A stretch of DNA of 64,000 nt, taken from the NCBI GenBank assembly GCA_041674705.1, contig JBAYVF010000005.1, positions 36,645 to 100,644 of the forward strand, written 5' to 3'. Under the pieces are notes generated by a model, which ran no database searches, was not told where the DNA came from, and worked only from the letters and a program-made list of their open reading frames with translations. Within the stretch, counting starts at the first letter, position 1; every line of letters starts with the position of its first letter. A program made the translations under genes and the position numbers. Positions 17,603-27,662 of the stretch are shown here, piece by piece. Source of the DNA: Candidatus Omnitrophota bacterium. GTDB lineage: Bacteria > Omnitrophota > Omnitrophia > Omnitrophales > Aquincolibacteriaceae.

Positions 17603-18457
17603 ATGTCTAACGGGATGAAACGTACCCAGAAACCTTCGAACGAACTTCTTGAGAAGATCGATGCCTGCGTCGCGGCGATCCGTAAAGAAACGGATTTTAT
17701 TCCCGAGATCGCGCTGGTCCTTGGCACGGGGCTCGGGAATCTCGCGGGGCGCGTGAAGGCGGAAAAGGTTCTGACGTATGACAAGCTGCCGCATTTTTCG
17801 AAGTCGACCGTGGAATCCCATAAAGGGCAGCTCGTGCTCGGGGAACTTTCCGGAAAAAAGATCGCGGTGATGGAAGGACGATTCCATTTTTATGAAGGGT
17901 ACTCGCTTGAGGAGGTGACGTTCGGGGTGCGCGTGCTCCGCGAGCTGGGGGCAAAGATCCTGATCGTTTCAAACGCGGCCGGCGGATTGAATTTGAGCTA
18001 CAAAAAAGGAGAGATCGTGATCATCACCGACCAGATAAATTTTATGGGGGTGAATCCGCTGATCGGCCCTAATCTTAATAAGCTGGGGCCCCGCTTTCCG
18101 GATATGTATGAGCCTTATTCCAAGCGTTTGAACGACCTGACACTTGCCGCGGCGAAAGAAGTCAAAGTCCCGGTGAATCAGGGGGTTTATGTCGGAGTGA
18201 CGGGGCCGTGCCTTGAAACCCGCGCGGAGTACCGGATGATGCGTAATTTCGGCGCAGATCTTGTGGGGATGTCCACGGTGCCGGAGGTGATCGTGGGGGT
18301 GCACATGGGGATGGAGATCCTGGGCTTGAGCATTGTGACAGACACTTGTGATCCGGACCATCTCGAGCCATGCAATATCCAGGAGATCATCAAGACGGCG
18401 AACGAAGCCGGGCCGAAGTTAGACAAACTTATTACAGCCGCGATTTCCAAGTTCTAA
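17603..18457 (+). CDS. punA: Purine nucleoside phosphorylase (PunA/PNP-I type)
   Basis: STVESHKGQLVLG..GRFHFYEGY..SNAAGG..GMSTVPE closely parallel PunA-family sequences. Confidence 0.88.
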   Translation: MSNGMKRTQKPSNELLEKIDACVAAIRKETDFIPEIALVLGTGLGNLAGRVKAEKVLTYDKLPHFSKSTVESHKGQLVLGELSGKKIAVMEGRFHFYEGYSLEEVTFGVRVLRELGAKILIVSNAAGGLNLSYKKGEIVIITDQINFMGVNPLIGPNLNKLGPRFPDMYEPYSKRLNDLTLAAAKEVKVPVNQGVYVGVTGPCLETRAEYRMMRNFGADLVGMSTVPEVIVGVHMGMEILGLSIVTDTCDPDHLEPCNIQEIIKTANEAGPKLDKLITAAISKF

Positions 18458-18524
18458 GTGCCATGTACTATGTACCAAGTACGGAGGCATAACGAGTACT
18501 TAGCATATAGTACATAGTACTTAG
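18458..18524. repeat. Heptamer-array hairpin, ACATAGT/ACTTGGT word family, copy 2 (opposite orientation)
   Basis: Arms 18458-18482 and 18496-18524, ~17/20 complementary by hand. The 18-mer gtacttggtacatagtac at 9281-9298 recurs as its reverse complement at 18465-18482. Confidence 0.8.
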
Positions 18525-18535
18525 TGAAAGAAAAA

Positions 18536-21364
18536 ATGACCGAAGCGAAGAATTATAAAGATACACTCAATCTTCCGCAAACTTCCTTTCCCATGAAAGC
18601 GAATCTGGCCGAGCGTGAGCCGGAGATGCTTAAAAGTTGGGAAGCGGAAGGGGTGTATGCTGCGATCCGCGCGAAGTCTGCGGGGAAACCCAAGTATGTG
18701 CTTCACGACGGTCCTCCTTATGCGAATGGCCACATCCATATCGGTCACGCGCTCAATAAAGTCCTCAAAGATCTCATTGTGAAATATCAGACCATGCGCG
18801 GCCATGACGCGCTCTATGTGCCGGGCTGGGACTGCCACGGCCTGCCGATCGAACACGCCTGCCTTAAAGAAATGGGCAAGCGCAAGGAGGAAGTGGATCG
18901 GGTCGAGTTCCGCAAGCACGCGCGTCAATACGCGGAAAAATTTGTCGGGATCCAACGCGACGGGTTTAAAAGGCTCGGTATCTTCGGGGAATGGGACAAG
19001 CCTTATCTCACCATGAACTACGGGTATCAGGCGGCTATTGCAGATTCTTTCCTTCGGCTTTACGAGGATGGGTTCATCGAACAGCGCCTGAAACCTGTTC
19101 CGTGGTGCTATGACTGCGACACAGCGTTGGCTGAAGCGGAGCTTGAGTATGAAGACAAGATCTCCAAGTCCGTCTATGTGAAATTTCCCTTGGAGGATTC
19201 CAAGAATGTTTTGAAGCTTCCCGCCGGGACTTCAGCTTGTTTACTGGTATGGACCACGACGCCTTGGACGTTGCCGGCGAACGTTGGCGCGGCCGTGCAT
19301 CCGGAGCTCGAATACGGAATTTTCCAAAAAGGGAACGAGGTTTATGTTTTCGCCAAAGAACTTGAGGCGAAACTAAAAGACAAGATCGACCTCGGCGGTT
19401 TCAGCCGTATCAAGTCTCTGACGGGGCAAACGCTTCAAGGGATGGAATACCAACATCCGTTCCTTGATCGCAAAGGCAAAGTCATTACGGCGGATTATGT
19501 CTCCAGTGAAGATGGCACCGGGATCGTCCATATCGCACCGGGGCATGGGGAAGACGACTACAAACACGGACATCTGGAACACGGCCTGCCGATCCTTTCG
19601 CCCGTGGATTCACGGGGGAAATTCACCGAGGAATTTCCTTTTTGCAAAGGCGAGCATGTTTTTAAAGCCAATCCCAAGATCACAGCGCTTTTAAGCGAAA
19701 AAGGATTACTCCTTAAAGAAGAAGATTATCCGCACAGCTACCCGCATTGCTGGCGTTGCAAAAAACCGATCCTTTTTCGCGCGACCACGCAATGGTTCAT
19801 GAAGATCGATCACAAAGATCTCCGTAAGCGCATGCAGGGAGCCATCGAAAAAAACATCCAGTTCATTCCGGACTGGGGCAAGAATCGTATCGGAGCGATG
19901 GTGGAGTCGCGGCCGGAATGGTGTTTGTCCCGTCAGCGCCTCTGGGGCGTGCCGATCCCGGTGATCCGTTGTAAGCATTGCGCGGGGGTGCACTTCGTCA
20001 AGGAATCCAAGACGAAGATCCTGGAACTTTTTGAGAAGGAAGGCACGGATGCGTGGTTTTCGCATCCGGCGGAAGCGTTTCTCCCTGCGGGCCTCAAGTG
20101 TCCGAAATGCCACAAAAGCGAATTTGAAAAAGAAACCGATATCATTGATGTTTGGTTCGATTCGGGCGTGAGTCATCAGGCCGTGCTTCGCCGGCATCCG
20201 GGTCTTAAATATCCCGCGGACCTGTACCTTGAAGGCTCCGACCAGCATCGGGGTTGGTTTCAAAGCGCTCTTACCACTTCGATGGCGCTTGAAAATAAAA
20301 GCCCGTTCAAAAGTGTCCTGACGCACGGGTTCGTGATGGACGGGCAGGGGAAGAAGATGTCGAAATCCGCGGGGAATGTCGTTACCCCGCAGGATGTGAT
20401 GAAGGAGTTTGGCGCGGACGTCCTTCGCCTTTGGGTGACCTCCTGCGATTACCAGTTCGATGTCCGCCTTTCCAACGAGATTCTGAAACAACTTGTGGAT
20501 ACTTATCGCAAGATCCGTAATACGTTCCGTTATTTTCTCTCCAATCTTTTTGATTTTGATCCCGCGAAGCATTCCGTGCCGTATGAGAAATTGCATCCTC
20601 TGGATCGCTGGGCGATGGCCAAGGCGGATCTCCTGGTCGCGTCGGTGACGGGCCTCTACGAGCGTTTTGAATTCCATGAGATCTACCGCGAGGTCTACGA
20701 TTTTTGCGTGGTGGATTTGAGCGCCTATTATCTGGACGCGCTGAAGGACACGCTTTACACCGCGGCGCCGGATTCCTGGCTTCGCCGCTCCGCCCAAACA
20801 GCGTTTTTTTATATCCTGTCGCGTCTCGTGAAGATCGTGGCGCCTATTCTTCCCTTTACAGCCGACGAGGTGTGGAAATCGTATAAGCTCGAAGAAGGAG
20901 TCGCGACGGTGCATGCAAGCGCCTGGCCCGTGGCACCGGTCATAAAGACGGGGAATGAATTCCGGGATTGGGAGCATCTCCGGGAGGTCCGTAACGCGAT
21001 CACCCCTTTCCTTGAAAAAAAGCGTGAGGCCAAGGAGATCGGCGCGGGGCTCGAGGCGAAGGTGATCTTCACTGCAGAAGATCCGGAATCAGCCGAAATA
21101 CTACATAGATATGAAAAAGAACTCACTCGCGTTTTTGTCGTGTCCCAGGTCACCCTGGAGACAAAGGCCGTGGAGGGTATGGAGGCCGCAGAAGGTGTTT
21201 CCGCGGTGCTCCAGAAGAAATTCGGATTGAAGGTCCTTGTGACCAAAGCGGACGGTGCCAAATGCGTCCGTTGCTGGAATTACTCCTCCGCTGTCGGCCG
21301 GGATCCCGAGCATGGGTCTCTTTGCCCCAAATGTGTTGAAGCGATCCGGGGAGCAAAATCATAA
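18536..21364 (+). CDS. ileS: Isoleucyl-tRNA synthetase
   Basis: [11 protein letters not shown] (HIGH), KMSKSAGN (KMSKS), C-terminal CxxC..CxxC zinc ribbon. ATG 18536 preferred over GTG 18524. Confidence 0.95.
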   Translation: MTEAKNYKDTLNLPQTSFPMKANLAEREPEMLKSWEAEGVYAAIRAKSAGKPKYVLHDGPPYANGHIHIGHALNKVLKDLIVKYQTMRGHDALYVPGWDCHGLPIEHACLKEMGKRKEEVDRVEFRKHARQYAEKFVGIQRDGFKRLGIFGEWDKPYLTMNYGYQAAIADSFLRLYEDGFIEQRLKPVPWCYDCDTALAEAELEYEDKISKSVYVKFPLEDSKNVLKLPAGTSACLLVWTTTPWTLPANVGAAVHPELEYGIFQKGNEVYVFAKELEAKLKDKIDLGGFSRIKSLTGQTLQGMEYQHPFLDRKGKVITADYVSSEDGTGIVHIAPGHGEDDYKHGHLEHGLPILSPVDSRGKFTEEFPFCKGEHVFKANPKITALLSEKGLLLKEEDYPHSYPHCWRCKKPILFRATTQWFMKIDHKDLRKRMQGAIEKNIQFIPDWGKNRIGAMVESRPEWCLSRQRLWGVPIPVIRCKHCAGVHFVKESKTKILELFEKEGTDAWFSHPAEAFLPAGLKCPKCHKSEFEKETDIIDVWFDSGVSHQAVLRRHPGLKYPADLYLEGSDQHRGWFQSALTTSMALENKSPFKSVLTHGFVMDGQGKKMSKSAGNVVTPQDVMKEFGADVLRLWVTSCDYQFDVRLSNEILKQLVDTYRKIRNTFRYFLSNLFDFDPAKHSVPYEKLHPLDRWAMAKADLLVASVTGLYERFEFHEIYREVYDFCVVDLSAYYLDALKDTLYTAAPDSWLRRSAQTAFFYILSRLVKIVAPILPFTADEVWKSYKLEEGVATVHASAWPVAPVIKTGNEFRDWEHLREVRNAITPFLEKKREAKEIGAGLEAKVIFTAEDPESAEILHRYEKELTRVFVVSQVTLETKAVEGMEAAEGVSAVLQKKFGLKVLVTKADGAKCVRCWNYSSAVGRDPEHGSLCPKCVEAIRGAKS

Positions 21365-21397
21365 AACCAAAGGGATGGTCCCATTTTTAAAAGAGAT

Positions 21398-22993
21398 ATG
21401 TCGTTCCATGTAAGAACCCCAAAGACCTTCCTGAAAAAAGTGCTGGTCGGTCTCGTCCTTTTCTCGCTCGGAGCTTTCGCCGCCTACCTGCTTCCTTTCC
21501 TGATACCCTCTTCCGGGATTTCGGATCCTTGGGTCCATCATCCGCTGCTTCCGATCCTTGTGATGACCGTGATCTTTGTAGCGGCCTATAAATCCACCGA
21601 ACGGTGGGTGAAGAAATTCCTCGAGAAATATTTTTTTCATAAGAAAACATTCGCCCAGATGACTCTGATGGATCTGGCGGGCGACCTGGCGGTCAATCTG
21701 GACCTCCAGGAGATCGCAAACCTGGTGGTGAACACGTTCGGAGAGGTGCTGCAATTAAAGACCGTGGCCTTGCTCGTTCCGGACTTGCTTCAGAATAATT
21801 TTGAGGTCGCATCAGCTTATGGATGGACGATCTCGGCTTCCAAGCGGGTCCGTCTCGCGGCTGAGACGCCGCTTTTGAGAATGATCCATCAAACGGGGCC
21901 GCATGTCTTGATGCGCGGGCCGGTCCTTCAGAGCCTTACATGGCAGGAAGCGAATGCGCTGGCGCGTGATCTTGATTCTTTGCAGGCCGCCTGGATCATT
22001 CCGCTGTTCGTTAAAGGAGAATTGGCGGGGCTTCTCGCGTTCGGGGCGCTTGTGCCGGATACGGTATTTGACCAGGGCGACTTCCATTTTTTCAGGGAAT
22101 TTGCGGCGGCGATCGCGCCTTGTGTTCATAATGCCATGGTCGTGAAGCGGTTGAGGCAGTTTAATTTTGAGCTCCAGGATACCCAGTCCCAGTGGGTCCA
22201 GAAGACCAAGTTGAACGCGATCGAAAAACTAGCCGCCGGGATCGCCCATGAGATCCATAATCCTCTGGCAATTATTTCCGGAAAAGCCCAAGTCCTGCTC
22301 ATGCAGAAGGGCCCCAAGCAACTGGAGCCCAATGTTCAGGACGCGCTCAATACGATAGTGAAGCAAACGCGACGGGCGGCCGATATAACAAGGAAGCTTT
22401 TGATGTATTCTCAAGGTTCCCGGGGACCGCAAGAGTGGATCTCGCTGGAAAGAGTCCTGGATGAGACGCTTTCACTTCTCGCGTATCAGGCTTCGATCGA
22501 TAAGATCGAGATCGTAAGGAACCTGGATCCGGAGTTGCCGGCGTTTTTTGCAAATATGCAGGAGATCCGGGAGATTTTCCTCAATCTGCTTCTGAATGCC
22601 GTGGAGGCCGTGGGGTCGGAAGGGAAGATCGTGGTGGAATTGAAGTATCACCGCGATGAAGAGTTGATCGAGATCGTGTGTTCGGATACGGGGAAGGGGA
22701 TCCCGGCCGAGCATCTTGATAAGGTGTTTAATCCTTTTTATACCACGCGCCATGAAGCGGTGGGACTCGGGCTTTTCGTGACCAAGCAGATCGCGCATCG
22801 TTACGGCGGTTCGATTCGCGTTGAAAGCCAGGTGGGGATCGGCAGCATGTTCATTCTTCAGCTGCCCTATGTCGCGGAAACGGTTCGCCTTCAGCGGGCC
22901 TCGTCTTCGCCACAACAAGGAAAAGAAGCGGCGCGAAATTCGGAAGCAAAAAGGACCGGTGCGACGGTTGCGGGTGCTCATACAGAGCCATGA
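21398..22993 (+). CDS. Sensor histidine kinase (TM + GAF-like + HisKA + HATPase)
   Basis: H-box AAGIAHEIHNPL, N box LLLNAVEA, G boxes DTGKGIP / GLGL. N-terminal hydrophobic helices. Confidence 0.88.
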   Translation: MSFHVRTPKTFLKKVLVGLVLFSLGAFAAYLLPFLIPSSGISDPWVHHPLLPILVMTVIFVAAYKSTERWVKKFLEKYFFHKKTFAQMTLMDLAGDLAVNLDLQEIANLVVNTFGEVLQLKTVALLVPDLLQNNFEVASAYGWTISASKRVRLAAETPLLRMIHQTGPHVLMRGPVLQSLTWQEANALARDLDSLQAAWIIPLFVKGELAGLLAFGALVPDTVFDQGDFHFFREFAAAIAPCVHNAMVVKRLRQFNFELQDTQSQWVQKTKLNAIEKLAAGIAHEIHNPLAIISGKAQVLLMQKGPKQLEPNVQDALNTIVKQTRRAADITRKLLMYSQGSRGPQEWISLERVLDETLSLLAYQASIDKIEIVRNLDPELPAFFANMQEIREIFLNLLLNAVEAVGSEGKIVVELKYHRDEELIEIVCSDTGKGIPAEHLDKVFNPFYTTRHEAVGLGLFVTKQIAHRYGGSIRVESQVGIGSMFILQLPYVAETVRLQRASSSPQQGKEAARNSEAKRTGATVAGAHTEP

Positions 22994-23055
22994 ACAGGAT
23001 CTTGGAATTTTTAAATCAATGCCGTATCAAACTTATACAGGGAGGGAATGCAACC

Positions 23056-23430
23056 ATGAATAAATTATTGATCGTGGATGATGAAATCGAGATCTGTGAA
23101 TTCTTAAAATCCTTTTTTGAAGACCGCGATTTCAAGGTCGCCGTTGCGCATGACGGGACCAAAGCCCTGGAGCAAATGGGCCTTTTCAATCCCGAAGTCG
23201 TTCTTTTGGATATTCAGATGCCGGGCATGGACGGTCTTCAGACCCTGAAGAAGATCAAAGAAGCTTATCCCAAAGCGAAAGTCATCATGGTAACCGCCGT
23301 GGAGACCCAGGAGAAGATCGAAGAAGCCATGCGGTTGGGTGCCGATAATTACATCACCAAACCCTTGAGCCTTGAATATCTCGAAAAAGACGTTCAGGAT
23401 AAGATCGATATTCTTGCCAAAGGCTCCTAA
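23056..23430 (+). CDS. Response regulator, receiver domain only
   Basis: LIVDDE..LLDIQMPGMDG..ITKP receiver pattern. GGAGGGA RBS at 23041-23047. The ORF-track start 22990 is rejected. Confidence 0.88.
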   Translation: MNKLLIVDDEIEICEFLKSFFEDRDFKVAVAHDGTKALEQMGLFNPEVVLLDIQMPGMDGLQTLKKIKEAYPKAKVIMVTAVETQEKIEEAMRLGADNYITKPLSLEYLEKDVQDKIDILAKGS

Positions 23431-23574
23431 TACCACGGTCTTATAGATTTTGGAAACAGGCTCTCGGAGCTGTTTCTCTGGTCAAGGCCTTTGTTGCCGA
23501 GATCATCAAGCCGGAGTCCTCGACGTGACACGGTGAGGACTCAGAAAGCGGTCCCGCGAAACGGGAAGATTTTT

Positions 23575-24849
23575 ATGCCAACAAAATCAGATTCTCCAAA
23601 CTCTCAAAAATTTGACTATCAAGAAGTCTTGCGGGATGTGGCCCGCAGTATGGTCCGCCTTAAAAGGCCGGACCGGCTTCTCCAGCTCATCACTCGTTTC
23701 ATCGACCGCCGGTTCGGCCTCGCCCATGCCTCGCTCCTGATCCTTGATCCCAAAAAGGAGCATTATGTCTTCGTCAATTCAAAAGGAGCCAAACGTCTTC
23801 CGATGGGGCTTGTGAAATTCGACGCAGATCATCCGCTTGTCCAGTGGTTTTCGGGATCCAAAAAAAAGCTGCCATTCCAAAAGGATTTTCTTTTTTTCTC
23901 CGATGTGAAAAAAATGCTCTCGCGCGCTGAATTCCGGCTGGCCTCGAATTCCAAGGCGGACCATCTCGCAGGGATCCAGAAAACGATGCAGAATCTGAAA
24001 GTGGAGCTCCTGGTGCCCGGTTATTTCAAGGATACGCTCGTGGGCCTTTTGATGCTCGGGCGGCGCGTGAATGGCCGCTGTTTTACCACACAGGAGGTCA
24101 CTTTTTTTCAGACGCTGGCCAACGATTGCTCGATGGCGGTCAAGACCGCGGAATACAACCAGAATCTTGTTGAGCAGAACCAGGAACTTGCGAAGAGGCT
24201 TGAAGAGATCGAAAGAATGCGCAACAAGGAACAGCGGACCTATTATGAGATCATGCGTTCCTTGGCTGAAGAAGTTCACGCCAAGGAGCCCTATATTTTT
24301 GGGCATGTTTCGGAAGTGGAACGCCTGGGTATGATGACCGCCCGCGAAATGGGGATGGATCTTTCCGGAAAAACCAAGGACCTGCTTTCTGCAGCGCTTA
24401 TTCTTCATGACGTCGGAAAGATCGGGATCCCGGACAACATTCTCTGCAAACCGGGACAATTGACCCAGGAAGAATGGAAAGTCATGAAAACCCATGTGGA
24501 AAAAGGTGCCCGGATCCTGGAGCCCCTGACGGATTTTAAAAAGGTACGTGAGATCATCATGGCGCATCACGAGCGTTTCGACGGAACCGGCTACCCGCGG
24601 GGTCTCAAGGGGGATGAAATCTCGATCGAAGCACGTATCATCTGCGTGGTGGACAGTTTCCACGCTATTGTTTCGTCCCGGTGCTACCGGGAAGGGCGCT
24701 CCATTGACTTTGCCATCCATGAGGTCCGGAATTGCGCGGGGACCCAGTTCGATCCGGTTGTGGTCGATGCGTTCCTGAAGGCTTTGAAGAAGGAACTTCA
24801 GAAAAAAGGCGAGATTCCCAGCTCTTTGGCGGAATACGCTACGGACTGA
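23575..24849 (+). CDS. HD-GYP domain c-di-GMP phosphodiesterase-like protein with N-terminal GAF-like region
   Basis: LHDVGKIGIP and HHERFDGTGYPRG signatures. ATG 23575 preferred over the ORF-track start 23491. Confidence 0.85.
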   Translation: MPTKSDSPNSQKFDYQEVLRDVARSMVRLKRPDRLLQLITRFIDRRFGLAHASLLILDPKKEHYVFVNSKGAKRLPMGLVKFDADHPLVQWFSGSKKKLPFQKDFLFFSDVKKMLSRAEFRLASNSKADHLAGIQKTMQNLKVELLVPGYFKDTLVGLLMLGRRVNGRCFTTQEVTFFQTLANDCSMAVKTAEYNQNLVEQNQELAKRLEEIERMRNKEQRTYYEIMRSLAEEVHAKEPYIFGHVSEVERLGMMTAREMGMDLSGKTKDLLSAALILHDVGKIGIPDNILCKPGQLTQEEWKVMKTHVEKGARILEPLTDFKKVREIIMAHHERFDGTGYPRGLKGDEISIEARIICVVDSFHAIVSSRCYREGRSIDFAIHEVRNCAGTQFDPVVVDAFLKALKKELQKKGEIPSSLAEYATD

Positions 24850-24877
24850 GTTTGTTTCATTTTTATGGACTTATCGC

Positions 24878-24906
24878 TTGCGTCGCCAGGGGGGCATCAG
24901 TATAAT
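24878..24906 (+). promoter_or_regulatory. Sigma-70-type promoter upstream of the dksA-like gene (TTGCGT-N17-TATAAT)
   Basis: TTGCGT 24878-24883, TATAAT 24901-24906. Confidence 0.55.
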
Positions 24907-24979
24907 GCCGCCTCAATTATACAAGGGCGAAGGCGAGCTTCGCGTTGTCTCAATTCCAAGGAAAGTGAGTTAAAATTTT

Positions 24980-25456
24980 ATGGCAAAATCTAAGAGAACT
25001 TCTAAAAAATCCTCAAAAAAGTCTTCCAAGAAATCTGTGAGAAAGTCTGCTAAAAAACCGGCCAAGGCGCTGAAGATTAAAAAGCTTCCTAAAAAGGAGC
25101 TGGATATTTATAAGAAGATGCTTCTTCAGCTGCGCGGAAAGATCGCCGGAGATCTCCAGCAGATCGAAGGGGATTCCCTGAGCGGGAATCAGCCCAGCAG
25201 TTCCGGGGAACTCTCGGATGTGGCGGATATGGCGACCGATAATTATGACCGGGAACTGAATATCGGTTTGGCGACCAACGAGCAGCAGCTTTTAAACGAC
25301 ATTGACGTTGCCCTCAAGAGGATCGAGGATGGGACTTACGGCACTTGCGAGATCTATGGAACACCGATCCCCAAGAAACGTCTTATGGCCATGCCCTATA
25401 CGCGTCTTTCGATGAAAGCCCAGGAAGAAGAGGAGAAGAACCAACGTCCTCAGTAA
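24980..25456 (+). CDS. DksA/TraR-family protein lacking the Cys4 zinc finger, with Lys/Ser-rich N-terminal tail
   Basis: The C-terminus YGTCEIYGTPIPKKRLMAMPYTRLSMKAQ aligns to the DksA CxxC..CxxC region but keeps only one Cys. The N-terminus is KKSSKKSSKKSVRKSAKKPAK. Confidence 0.7.
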   Translation: MAKSKRTSKKSSKKSSKKSVRKSAKKPAKALKIKKLPKKELDIYKKMLLQLRGKIAGDLQQIEGDSLSGNQPSSSGELSDVADMATDNYDRELNIGLATNEQQLLNDIDVALKRIEDGTYGTCEIYGTPIPKKRLMAMPYTRLSMKAQEEEEKNQRPQ

Positions 25457-25896
25457 TGTTCTTTTACGTTCTTGTAGGGTCCGTGGTTCTCACGGACCAA
25501 CTTTCAAAATTTCTTGCCCTTCACTATCTTTCTTCCCAAGCGTCGGTTTCTCTCATTCCGCAAGTTCTGGATCTGACGCTCGTCAAGAATCCGGGGGTTG
25601 CTTTCGGGCTTTTCAGCGATTATACGCCCATCCTTTTTGCCGTGATCACGATCAGCCTTGTGTTCCTCTTCCTGATCGCCAACCGTTCTCATGGAACCTC
25701 GGTCACGGACCGTTGGGCGCTTAGCCTGATCCTGGGGGGTGCGATCGGAAACTGGATCGACCGGCTGCGTTTCGGAGCGGTGATCGATTTTCTGGATTTC
25801 AGGATCTGGCCGGTCTTCAACCTTGCAGATACTGCGATCACGATCGGTGTCGGGCTCTATTTTATCCGCGTGTTTACGTCTAAAGGAAAAACATGA
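25456..25896 (+). CDS. lspA: Lipoprotein signal peptidase II
   Basis: DQLSK, NPGVAFG, GGAIGNWIDR, FNLAD motifs. The ATG overlaps the upstream TAA by 1 nt. The ORF-track start 25345 is rejected. Confidence 0.9.
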   Translation: MFFYVLVGSVVLTDQLSKFLALHYLSSQASVSLIPQVLDLTLVKNPGVAFGLFSDYTPILFAVITISLVFLFLIANRSHGTSVTDRWALSLILGGAIGNWIDRLRFGAVIDFLDFRIWPVFNLADTAITIGVGLYFIRVFTSKGKT

Positions 25897-26630
25897 AACC
25901 CGTGCTGTTTTCTCTCGGATCGATCCACCTCTACTCGTATGGCTTCTGCATTGCCCTCGGCGTTCTTCTCTCTCTTCTTCTGATGAAACGACGCGCGCTT
26001 AAAGAAGGATTCCCCAAACCTGATGAAGTGTTCGACATAGCTTTTGTTGTCCTGGTGTGGGGATTTCTCGGGGCTCGTCTTTTTTATGTGATCCAGAATT
26101 TTTCCTATTACAGTGCCGAACCGCTCAAGATCTTTGCCGTTTGGGAAGGCGGGCTGATTTTCTACGGGGGCGCGATCTCAGGCTTTTTGGGGTTGAGGCT
26201 GATGGTTTGGAAGAAAAAGTGGTCTTTTTGGAAGATCCTGGATTTTATCGTCCCCTACACCGCTTTGACCCATGCCTTTGGGCGGGTCGGATGTTTTTTG
26301 AACGGATGCTGTTTCGGTAAAGTTTGTGATCTTCCCTGGGCCGTCCGGTTTCCCGGGCTTCCGTACGCCGTGCACCCTGCCCAGCTTTATGAAGCGTTTT
26401 ATGACCTCGTGCTTTTTGCATTTCTCATCCAACGCCGGAAGCGGATCCGTTTTGAGGGGGAGATCGCTCTTCTTTATTTTCTTCTGTACGCAATAGGCCG
26501 CTACACGATCGAGTTTCTGCGAGAGCCGGGTTGGATGTGGATGGGGTTCACCTCGAACCAGTGGTTGAGCATCACGATCATCGTGGCGTCCTTTCTGGTC
26601 TTTCAATCCCGCCGGCGCAAAGCTTCCTGA
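25893..26630 (+). CDS. lgt: Prolipoprotein diacylglyceryl transferase
   Basis: GRVGCFLNGCCFG and HPAQLYE motifs. Multi-TM. Confidence 0.92.
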   Translation: MKPVLFSLGSIHLYSYGFCIALGVLLSLLLMKRRALKEGFPKPDEVFDIAFVVLVWGFLGARLFYVIQNFSYYSAEPLKIFAVWEGGLIFYGGAISGFLGLRLMVWKKKWSFWKILDFIVPYTALTHAFGRVGCFLNGCCFGKVCDLPWAVRFPGLPYAVHPAQLYEAFYDLVLFAFLIQRRKRIRFEGEIALLYFLLYAIGRYTIEFLREPGWMWMGFTSNQWLSITIIVASFLVFQSRRRKAS

Positions 26631-26631
26631 T

Positions 26632-27555
26632 ATGCCCAAAAACCGTTTTACGGAATTTGTGGTGGAGGCCATGGAGGCTGAACAGCGTCTCGACGTTTTC
26701 CTTGCTGAAAAGATGTCCCACCAACATTCCCGGGCGCACCTTCAAAAGATGATCAAAAACGGCGCGGTGATCGTGGATGGGAAACATGTAACGCCTCATT
26801 ATCCGGTTAAAGCCGGGGAACGGATCCGCGTCGAAAAACTTGATATGCCGGTGGAGGAACTTCCCGCGGAGGCGATCCCGCTCGATATCGTTTATGAAGA
26901 TGACGATTGTTTGGTAGTGAACAAGAAGGCAGGTATGGTTGTCCATCCGGCGCACGGCAATCCCAACCACACGCTTGTGAACGCGCTTCTTTTTCATGTG
27001 CAACAGCTTGGGAAAGCCGAGGATAAGGTGAGGCCCGGGATCGTGCATCGCCTTGATAAGGACACCTCGGGTCTTCTGGTGGTCGCCAAGAATGACTACG
27101 CGCACGACAAACTCGCGCGTCAGTTCAAGGACCACACGATCGATCGCGTCTATAACGCGATTGTTCGCGGAGTGGTCCAACACGACGAAGGAGTCTGCGA
27201 AGAGCCCGTGGGTCGCGCTTTTCTCAACCGTAAAAAAGTGGTGATCCGTCCCTCGGGAGGCAAGGATGCCGTCACTTTTTTTCGCGTGCTGAAGCGGTTC
27301 CCCAACGCGACTTTTGTGGAGATCCGTCCGAAGACCGGCCGTACCCATCAGATCCGTGTGCATTTCGCGCACATGGGGCATCCGGTGCTGGGGGACGCCC
27401 TCTACGGCGTTCAGTTCCCGCCGATCAAACGGCAGGCGCTTCATGCCTTGACGCTCGGGTTCGAGCATCCCCGTACGAAGAAGTGGATCCACCTGACAAG
27501 CGAGTTACCTGAGGATATGCAGGGCCTCCTGCGCTTCCTTGAAACACACCCCTAA
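26632..27555 (+). CDS. rluD: RluA/RluD-family 23S rRNA pseudouridine synthase
   Basis: N-terminal S4 domain and the catalytic HRLDKDTSGLLVVAK motif. Confidence 0.9.
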   Translation: MPKNRFTEFVVEAMEAEQRLDVFLAEKMSHQHSRAHLQKMIKNGAVIVDGKHVTPHYPVKAGERIRVEKLDMPVEELPAEAIPLDIVYEDDDCLVVNKKAGMVVHPAHGNPNHTLVNALLFHVQQLGKAEDKVRPGIVHRLDKDTSGLLVVAKNDYAHDKLARQFKDHTIDRVYNAIVRGVVQHDEGVCEEPVGRAFLNRKKVVIRPSGGKDAVTFFRVLKRFPNATFVEIRPKTGRTHQIRVHFAHMGHPVLGDALYGVQFPPIKRQALHALTLGFEHPRTKKWIHLTSELPEDMQGLLRFLETHP

Positions 27556-27662
27556 TGGTTCGACTCTCCGCCAAGTTTTTGGGCGGATTCGCTCACCATG
27601 GCACTGAGCTTCCTCTATAAAATAATAGAGTCGAAGTGCTAATTCGCTTATAATCGAAAACC

